A program made the translations under genes and the position numbers. Under the pieces are notes generated by a model. That model was not told the DNA's origin. It saw nothing but the letters and a program-made list of their open reading frames with translations, and ran no database searches. Shown in pieces: positions 27,601 to 37,776 of a DNA stretch of 64,000 bases (the stretch's first letter is position 1; each line of letters opens with the position of its first letter). The stretch comes from Eledone cirrhosa (Eukaryota). Location of the stretch: positions 213,280,001 through 213,344,000 of the forward strand of contig OZ024743.1 of the NCBI GenBank assembly GCA_964016885.1. The letters run 5' to 3'.

Positions 27601-28401
27601 AGGACATTCAGCCCGGGATCTATGGACAACTTCCAGAAGTCCCTGGCCTGGCAGTGCTACCGAGGGGCTCTACAGACACGGGCGCCCGGGTAGAGACCCC
27701 GCCAAAAAGATCTGTCCCAGATGCGTGTGCGACGAGGAAACCGTTGCACACGCATTGGCACACTGCTCGGGCGTAGCCGATCTGTGAGGCTATGTCGAAC
27801 AGCTGCTGTCGAGGGTGGGACCGATCCGGTTGACCACCGAGTCTATTGTAATGATCAAGCCGCCTCCCCCCCTTCAAAGATGAAGGAGAGGCGGTGTTTC
27901 TGTGCGTAATAGCCATGGTGAAAGAAGTTGTATGGTGGACGCGTCTGAAAGGACTGAGGTCAGGCACCTTTCTCTCTGGCCAACAACTGGTCCGTTTCTT
28001 CCGATATCATTTCGGAAGAAGGATCAGGATGGAGAGAGAGGTGTTCCACCCCAGTCGTTTTTATGAAAGGTGGGTGAAAGTGGCGTGAATGGGCCTTCTC
28101 TTTACATAAGCCGTTAGGTGGAAAAGAGGAAGGAACGAGGGAGCACCCCCTCTCTGTGCTCCTAAGGAAAAGGGTTGCACACTTTTTTCGGGGGCGTGTG
28201 CGACCCCCCAAGGCGCATCCTCTCTATTGAGGATTTTGTTATAAATTTTATTTTTTGTTATATTTTATTTTATTTTCATACATTGTTATTGCCTCCTCCT
28301 TATTGAGGACCCCTTTTTGTGTAAACTCCCTCCTTTGTACTTGTCCCACTTTTGATGCCCTTGTGGCAAATAAAAGAAACATATCTATCTATCTATCTAT
28401 C
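24681..28401 (+). mobile_element. Tx1-like element, copy 3 (intact 5' end, ORF1 joined to mid-RT)
   Basis: 5'UTR, ORF1 from ATG 24900 with frameshifts, junction at ~26534, 3' half of ORF2, (TATC)n tail. Confidence 0.92.
24900..26534 (+). pseudogene. Tx1-like ORF1 (gag-like, degenerate CCHC knuckle)
   Basis: YYLCGNRGHLRAAC; homologous to 28604-30441. Confidence 0.85.
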
Positions 28402-28603
28402 TTGATAGAGTAAGACACGCTTCACATCGGCTCCGCTATTCCACCGGAATCAACCCTTACTATAGTAAGTACCAGATAAATTTTTCAGTGGAACACATTT
28501 GAAACACCAACCCCTGTTATTTAGGGAGACATTTTTACATTTACCCCCTTTTTAGGGGGTAAAATAAATATCTATTTTGCTGTAAAATTTCTTTCTTGGC
28601 AGC

Positions 28604-30441
28604 ATGGCGGAAAAGATGGCAGACATGTCTGCCATTAGCTCTGCCACGCCCCCCAGGTCTGAAGAACAAAAAATAAATACAACAAAATTAGACAACGAAA
28701 CAAACAAGGAAAATGAAAAAACAAATGTTACGGAAAATGAGCAAACAGAAAACAAACAAACAGAAAATAATAATACAAATAACAACAAGGCAACTTTCGC
28801 CCAGAAAACAAAACAGTCCATAACATATACACCAATAGACCTAACTGCCGCCAGAGAAACACTGGCCGAAGCAAAGAAACACATTGTTTTGGGGGAGAAC
28901 GGAATGTTTTCCATTCACCCCCCCCCCCAGAATTCAAGAAAGCGAGAACAGAGAACACAGTTCTCTTCAGAACAATATCAAACCAAACAAGAAAGCCAGC
29001 ACAGCCCAGCCAAATGGAGATAGAGTTGGTCCTAAAAGACTATATGAAGAATATTCTCTTCATACGAAAGGACCGACTCTATGGCAGCATTTCGGTCTTA
29101 ACAAAAGACAAGGAAACGGCGCAGAAGCTTTCCCTAAGCCCACTCTCATCGACAACATACAGCTTCTATCCCTCCTACATGGGTAGAAGAACACAGAGAG
29201 TAAAAATACAAACAATGCTGCCCACAATGGACTTCTGGTGGGCTATTGCTGGCTTCATAGACATGGGCGAGGACACAGTGCTGTCAATGGGGAAGGCATC
29301 CGGAGATGCGTTCCTGGGAATGGGCCTCGACCTACTAGTCCAAATGAGGCCCGAAAGAATAGCACAAATCCCGGATCGCATCTGGCTGGATGACCTCACC
29401 CCAATAGATATAATTGTAGAGGGGAGAAGACCAGCATGCTATTTATGCACGGAAAGGGGACACATTAAGGCTAACTGTCCGAAACGCATCCCCCAAAAAG
29501 GACTATTGCCCACACCCACCACAAACAGTACACCAACACCACCCACCTCCAAAAATACACTAATACCACACACAGCAAACAAAATACAGACACCACCAAC
29601 CACAAGCACAACACAAACATCACCACCACCAGCACCAAACACAAGCACGACACAAAAATCACCACCACCATCACCAACACAAACACCACCACCACCATTA
29701 CCAACCACAAGCACGACACAAACAGCACCACCACCACCACAAAACGCATTCCAAACAAATAATAAAAAAAACAGCAACAAATCTACCCCTCCCGCAAAAA
29801 AAAAACAACCAGACATGACGTTCCTCCCACCTAGCGCTGAAGAGTTTCCCCCAACTTCTGAAGAAGAAGGAGGAGAAGCCTTCAGACAAGTTAAAAGAAA
29901 AAAACGAAAGCACACACCCAGCACACCACAAATAACCCACACACAAACACCAACTCCAATAAAAAACACCCCACCCTCAACAAACAAAAATAAATCTGCG
30001 CCTCCCCTCTCCGAAACATTGACAGCATCACAAAAAAAGACATTGCAATACACATATATAAATAAAGAAAACAAAAAACTGTTTAAATTAATAAACAATA
30101 GCCCTTTGGTGCAGACCGAAGGGCCAAACTTTATCTCAACAGAGAACTTCACCCATTTAAAAATGATAAAGGTCCCTCTGGACCTTTATCGTTCCTTAAA
30201 AGAACAATTTAGACAGGACGTGAGCCCTCCCTGTTTAAAACCGTTAAATCGCGTCCTCTTGAAAGATTTCCCCATAACCTCCCCTCTCCTTGACACGACT
30301 CCAAACACCCCAACCCCACCACACTCGGGTACCCCCACACCACCACAAAACATCCCTCCACCCAACACACCTGACGCCATGGAAATTACACAACCCGGAG
30401 AGGTAGGTGCTTTTCTTTCTTCACTTTCAACACCAAAATAG
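28604..30441 (+). pseudogene. Tx1-like ORF1 nucleic-acid-binding protein, frameshifted at a poly-C run near 28920
   Basis: CYLCTERGHIKANC zinc knuckle; Pro/Thr-rich linker; VKRKKRK basic motif. Confidence 0.85.
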
Positions 30442-30446
30442 ATCAA

Positions 30447-31769
30447 TTGAAAGTTGGCTGTTTGAACGCGCGTGGCCTGGGCTCAGCTTGGAAGCAAGCA
30501 AAGCTACTAAGTGACCTCAGGTCACGAAGTATAGATGTGATGGTTGTTTGCGAGAGTCGGATCAGCAGCATGCGACAGCTGGCTCCCGCCCTCGATGACT
30601 TTGAGATGCACGCATCTCTCTGTCAACCCGGAGGCGGGGGGGGGGGAGTTGCCGTACTGCTGGATAAACGTCTGGCTCTCGACGTACAGATTGTTCACTC
30701 GGACCCGGGGGGTCGATTACTGGTGCTGGACGTCGGAGGCGGTGAAGGCCTGACCGTTGTGCCTTGCCCAAGGGAAACGCTCTCCAAAATGGAGCGCGCA
30801 CTCTTCCAATTCCTTTGGAAGAAGCGGGCTCCTATGGTGAGGAGATCCATCTGCTGTCAACACCCTTCGAAAGGAGGGCTGGGGATGCCGTGGCTAATGA
30901 TACGTAAACACGCATTAAGGCTACGGCACCTTCAGGTATTCCTCTCCGGTCAACCGGTGTGGGCCCAGTTTGTGAGGCGAGCCTTTCCCAGACTCGTCTC
31001 ACTCACCGAGCTACAATCCTGGGTCAAGCAAAGACCGAGAAAACTGGGCGCCTGGCACACTGAGTGTGCTCAGGCGCTCACGGCTCTCTGGCAGGCGGAC
31101 CCGGCTGTCAGTGGAGAATCCACCTCGTCATTCTATAGAGGGCTGGTGGTTAGCAGGTGCGACGACGCCCTCGGAGAAGCCCTAGGCATGGAGGAAGACG
31201 AACTGGCCAACCTGTTCGGTAGGACATTCAGCCCGGGACCCATGGATAACTTCCAGAGGTCCCTGGCCTGGCAATGCTACAGAAGGGCTCTGCCCGTTCG
31301 AGAAAGGCTCTACAGACACGGGCGCCCGGGTAGGGACCCATCGAAAAAGATCTGTCCCAGATGCGTGTGCGACGAGGAAACCGTTGCACCCGCATTGGTA
31401 CACTGCTCGGGCATTGCCGATCTGTGGGGCTATGTCGAACAACTGCTGTCAAGGGTGGGACCGATCCGGTTGACCACCGAGTCTATTGTAGCGATCAAGC
31501 CGCCTCCCCTCTTCAAAAACGAAGGAGAGGCGGTGTTTCTGTGCGTAATAGCCATGGCGAAAGAGGTTGTATGGTGGACGCGTCTGAAAGGACTGAGGTC
31601 AGACACCTTTCTCTCTGGCCAACAACTGGTCCGTTTCTTCCGATATCATTTCGGAAGAAGTATCAGGATGGAGAGAGAGGTGCTGCACCCCAGCCGTTTC
31701 TATGAAAGATGGGTGAAAGTGGCGAGAATGGCCCGTGTGAATGGGCCTTCACTCTACATCAGACTATAG
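30447..31769 (+). pseudogene. Internally deleted ORF2 (partial APE fused to the C-terminal domain)
   Basis: ...DVGGGEG|LTVVPCPRE...; no RT motifs present. Confidence 0.85.
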
Positions 31770-32152
31770 GTGAGGAAGATGAAAGACCAAGGGAGCACCC
31801 CTTCTCTGTGCTCCTGAGGAGAAGGGTTGCACACTTTTTTTAGTGGGTGTGTGCGACCCCCCAAGGCGCCTCCTTTCTATTGAGGACTTTGTTATAAATT
31901 TTATTTTTGTTATATTTTATTTTATTTTTATATATTGTTATTGCCTCCTCCTTATTGAGGACGCCTTGTTTTGTAAACTCCCTCATTGAACTTGTCCCAC
32001 TTTTGATGCCCTGGTGGCAAATAAAAGAAACATATCTATCTATCTATCTATCCATCCACCCATCTGTACCCATCCATCCATCTGTCAGTTGGTCTGTCTC
32101 TCTCTTCCTTTATCTATCTATATATCTATTTATCTATCTATGTACCCATCCA

Positions 32153-32241
<89 letters not shown>

Positions 32242-33602
32242 TCTTTCTTTCTATCTACCTACTTCTTTTATATTTACCTTATTTCTGTTCTTATTTCCAC
32301 CCTTCTTTCTATTCTTTTTCTTAAAGTTTGTATTTTATTTTGTCTTCTATAAAACAATGTCCTCGTCGTTATCTCTCTCAAAACATTATATTATTATCAA
32401 CAATTTATTTTATTTACCTCTATTTCTCTCTCTTTGTCTTATCATTTCAACCGTTTTTTTTTACCATCCTTATCTCATACCTTTCTTTTCCTTCCTTCAT
32501 CTGCTTCTATTAAATTTTATTCTTTCTTACTTTCTATACTTCTTTGTTTCCTTCTTTCCTTCCTTTCATTTATGTTTCAATGTTTCTTTCTTTCTTTCTT
32601 TCTTTCTTTCCTTCCTTCATTTATTCTATCTTTTATCTTTCTTATTTTTTCTATATATCTTTGTACTTTCTTCATTTACCTATTCTTTCTAATTTGTTTC
32701 CTGCTTTCTTTCTTTCATCCATTATTTCTTACTTTTTTTCGTTCTTTTGTTCTTTCTTTCATTCTTTCTTTATTTTTTATTTTCCCTTTCGTTTATTTTT
32801 ATCAAATTTTTTATCCTGCTGTTTTCTTCATGAATTACTACCACCTTGTTGACGCTCCTCCACCGCTTCTCTTTAATCCGCATATCATCTACTCCCACCT
32901 CTCCCACATACAAGTCTCTTGTTAGTGGGAATGGACAAGTTAAAACCAAAGGAAATATCTTTTGATATACACTGCCATTATTAATTGCCGATTTTCAGAA
33001 GATTTTTCTCAGAAAATGACATGATTTCTTTTTACATCTTGCTATTATTAGATAAAATACGGATTCCTAGACACAGTATGAAAATAGATCTTTGGCAATT
33101 ATGGCGATTTATATCACGGATATAACCGTTTTTATCTAATATCGTTGTGGTTTTAGAATTCATCATATTGGATAATTAACAGATGGGTCTATTTCTTGTC
33201 ACAGAAAAGCACCATTTATTCCTCTATATAGCTTAGCTTCTTTTATTACTTTCGTTGAAAGGCTTTCTCCTCTCTTCCTTCACCCTCTCTTCTTGTTTTT
33301 GCTGTCGTTGTATTTATTCTTGTTGTTTTTATTAATGATGATGGTAATGGGGCTGGTGGTTGGTGGTTTTCTTCGTTTTATCCTAAGCAATTTAAATCAT
33401 GTCTGGAAAGTCATTAAGTAACTTATAAAAAGAAACAAAAGCGAAAGGGAAATGAAGTAAGATAAAATACGATGGAAAAGATTTTATGACCAAAATTTAT
33501 AAAAAAATACGAAGACAAAAAATATAGTAAAACGAATTAATAGTATCGAAGCTGATGTTAATTTCTCTACGTATTCTGTAGACTAATTTCTGGTTTCGAC
33601 GT

Positions 33603-33656
<54 letters not shown>

Positions 33657-33684
33657 ATAAAGAATTAGAAATAGAAGCCAGGAC

Positions 33685-33783
33685 TATCCATCATCAGTGG
33701 TCTACCAGCCATCATATGTATTTCTTCGCATTACAGACCATATACCCCCGGCTAGGGCAACGCAATAACTAAATTAAGTTATT
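33685..33783 (-). ncRNA. Inverted copy of the permuted hammerhead (subfamily B)
   Basis: Reverse complement of 34295-34392 with few substitutions. Confidence 0.6.
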
Positions 33784-34289
33784 GCTCTTTACGTTGCCTC
33801 ACCATTCGTGTTTGTTTACCTGTCTCTCTTTCTCCACCCAACTCTTTTTATCCCAATAACTTAATTAAGTTACAACACAGCTCGCCATTTTTCATTCATA
33901 TATGCTTTCCTCTTCGCTGTGACCTGTCTTTTTCGCTTCCCTTACTGCTATCCTCTTTCTCTCTCTCCCTTCTCTCTCCTTATCCCTCTTACTTTCACTC
34001 ACCCCCTCTGCTAGTCACCCTCTCTCGGCTAGCCTCTCCCTCACACTTTCACTCACTCACTCTCTGCTAATCACCCTCTCTCACTTCCTCCATCGTCCTA
34101 CACCGTACGAAATTCTTTCCTCGCTCACATTCGCACGGCCAAGACGTGTCTTTTGCCTTCTCGTCAATATTCGCACGTTCTTATGTTCAAATGAATCATT
34201 GACTTGATTTTCTCATTTTTTCCTCTCTTTACGTTGCCTCATCATTCGTGTTTGTTTACCTGTCTCTCTTTCTCCACCCAACCCTTTTT

Positions 34290-34392
34290 ATCCCAATAAC
34301 TTAATTTAGTTATTGTATTGCCCTAGCCGGAGGTATATGGTCTGTAATGCGAAGAAATACCTATGATGGCTAGTAGACCACTGATGATGGAT
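34290..34392 (+). ncRNA. Candidate non-circularly permuted hammerhead ribozyme (subfamily B)
   Basis: AGGTAT(34331-36)-A-TGGTCT(34338-43)...GAA-ATACCT(34357-62)...AGACCA(34375-80)-CTGATGA(34381-87). Confidence 0.7.
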
Positions 34393-34461
34393 TGTCCTGG
34401 CTTCTATTTCTAATTCTTTATTATATATATCATATTTGCACAACACAGCTCGCCATTTTTC

Positions 34462-34609
<148 letters not shown>

Positions 34610-34662
34610 ATTCAAGAAAGAAGAGTGACATGGTTCGATATACAATAAGGGCTTTATTCACA

Positions 34663-34774
34663 TTGCTGACAATTGTTTCTTTGATCTGGTAGGTCTAGAG
34701 TTCGCTATCCGCCTGATTATGCGCCAATCGATCTCCAATACTTTGTTTATAACCAGTCGTTTTCATCAGAGAAA
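34663..34774 (-). ncRNA. Type I hammerhead with extended stem II in a Penelope-like 3' remnant
   Basis: Minus strand: TTTCT-CTGATGA...GACTGGT/ACCAGATC...GAAA-CAATTG-TC-AGCAA; palindromic stem III. Confidence 0.55.
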
Positions 34775-35175
34775 CGCGAAATGAAGAAGATACATAAGGC
34801 ATGGTTTTTATATAGGTATGGTATTAAACCAGAACAATAATAAAATGAAATAACTAAATAGCAAATAGTTAAAATAATAACATCAATATAAGTAAGAGAT
34901 AGAGTATAATAGAGAATCTAGCATGTTAAACAAACTGATATGATACAGATGTATGGAATTGACATGTGAAAACTGCTATAGGGTACATTAGATATAGTGT
35001 TCAGGTGGCGACGAGATAACAGTAACCACTAAAATGTACTTGGAGACAGACTTTATGAGGTATCTACTATGCTGTAGGTATTCTAGCAATAAACCGTTAA
35101 TATTATCCACTACACAGAGTACTCCAACTGGACTACATCTAAGTGGACTGCCTATAACGATAACCTGTTATCCCG

Positions 35176-35240
<65 letters not shown>

Positions 35241-35442
35241 CACACATATATATATATATATAACACATATATATATATATATATATATATGTAACACATA
35301 TATATATATAACATATATATATATATATATATATATATAAGACAAAGTAAACATTTTATATGAAGATGTGTGCTTTTATATATATATATATATAAGCGTA
35401 CACATTTTTATATACCATTTTTACTTTTTCTTTATATATTTA

Positions 35443-36388
35443 TATATATATACAATAATGAAAGGTATACAAATATGTGTATACATACATATACATGTAT
35501 ATATAAACATATATTTTTCACAAGTATGTGAGATTGTATGTTGTCGACCTTAACCAGTGTTACTCTATGATTATGAGAGACAAAATAATCGAAATAATTA
35601 AATTGACACAATATCAGAGTTATGTAAAATATTATAAAAAGGAATAATAGATACAATATACCTATATATTTTACTTTAGTCCCGACTGTACAGTTTCGCT
35701 GGTCACTATGCAAAAATGTTATATCATAGATATGTAACATTGTTGTGAGTCGGGACTAAAGGAAAAAAATAGGTATATTGTATCTATTATTCCTTTTTGT
35801 AATATTTTACATAACTCTGATGTGTCAATTTAATTATTTCGATGATTTTGTCTCTCATAATCATAGAGTAACACTGGTTAAGGTCGACAACATACAATCT
35901 CACATACTTGTGAAAAATATATGTTTATATATACATGTATATGTATGTATACACATATATTTGTATACCTCTCATTATTGTCTCTAACTCCCTAACGGTA
36001 GAGTAACCACGGAAGTATAGTGACTGCTTTCAAGCAAACACGATATATACACTTCTAGTCAACCTTACCACCCTTCTGTAGCCTATGTATCATATCAATA
36101 TCTCCCTCCGCCTTCTGAGATATTTTCACTGCTACAAGGGATTAATCCTCTTTCTTGACCGGTGTATCACGTGGTAGAGTCTCCCTCCGCCTTTCTGAGA
36201 TGTTCTCGCATGCTACGGACGTATGTAGTTAGGGCTCTTCCCTGAGGTGCTCTCTTGATAAGCTGGCTTACCTCACAACAATGTTACATATCTATGATAT
36301 AACATTTTTGCATAGTGACCAGCGAAACTGTACAGTCGGGACTAAGGAAAAAGAAATAGGTATATTGTATCTATTATTCCTTCTTATA

Positions 36389-36398
<10 letters not shown>
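35443..36398 (+). mobile_element. Non-autonomous hammerhead-bounded element (586-nt unit) with inverted 5' arm
   Basis: GTC^GGGACTAA at 35749-35759 and 36335-36345; 35443-35748 is an inverted copy spanning the unit junction; (TA)n flanks. Confidence 0.75.
36238..36341 (+). ncRNA. Type I hammerhead (A9 mutated) with long stem II
   Basis: TTCC-CTGAGGT-GCT...AGC-GAAA-CTGTACAG-TC-GGGA. Confidence 0.6.
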
Positions 36399-36475
<77 letters not shown>

Positions 36476-36519
36476 TAAATATGTGTATGTGTGTGTCTCT
36501 ATTTTACGCTTGGCTGGTC

Positions 36520-36845
36520 ATGCCATCAGAATGGGTAAAGGGGTAAAACCTCCCTTCGGTCACGAATGACCATGGGATTGCACCTAGAGAGTTCCCCTCC
36601 GAGGCACAAGTCTGGGCAAGGTTGTTTGTGGAAGACCATCAGTTGTCCTTGCATACCAATCTCCCCTCCCATGCCACAGATGTTGTCCAAGGGAAAGACA
36701 AAGGCTGATACAGCTTGGCACCAGTGACGTCGCAACTCGTTTCTGCAGCTGAGTGAACTGGAGCAACATGAAATAAAGTGTCTAAAGGACACAACGCATC
36801 ACCCGGTCTGGGAATCGAACTTACAACCTTGCGATTGTAATCCCA
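36520..36845 (-). mobile_element. tRNA-derived SINE (family B core, TTTACCC tail)
   Basis: B box GTTCGATTCC and core AGACACTTTATTTCATGTTGCTCC on the minus strand. Confidence 0.78.
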
Positions 36846-36849
36846 TCGT

Positions 36850-37200
36850 TGATGAGTGGCAAAAGAATACCAAACGTACAACTAGCTTGATGGAGGATAT
36901 AGATACTACTGGATGGCCATCGTTCAGGTACAAAGAGAAGCTGAAGTATAATCATTCAGCAACCAATATACCTTATGAAACGCTTGAGGAAGAGGCCTGG
37001 AGTGGAAGAAGTGGAGATCGATGTGTCATAATGAGGTCAGAACTTCGAGTCCGGTTGTATCCATAGGCAATAAAAATCAAGAGGGAGGAGAAAAGCCTTA
37101 TCAAACACACCAGCAATATTATCATGTAAACCTCACCTTTGTACGATATATGGACTTGCTTGCAAACCCTTGGCAGGTTTAAAATGTCATGCTCCAAACT
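36850..37200 (+). mobile_element. RTE-clade LINE 3' remnant
   Basis: Decayed MSGKRIP...PSFRYKEKLK...EEEAW..WRS and a terminal C..GLACKPLAGLKCH finger, typical of RTE C-termini. Confidence 0.65.
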
Positions 37201-37257
37201 GAATAGGTTGTCCAGATCCTCATACATCAAAGTCGACAGGAGAGTCCAATATATATA

Positions 37258-37776
<519 letters not shown>

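Larger units (their letters stand above)
28402..32052 (+). mobile_element. Tx1-like element, copy 4 (intact 5' end, RT missing)
   Basis: 5'UTR, ORF1, endonuclease N-terminus fused in frame at 30748-30749 to the post-RT domain, (TATC)n tail. Confidence 0.92.
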
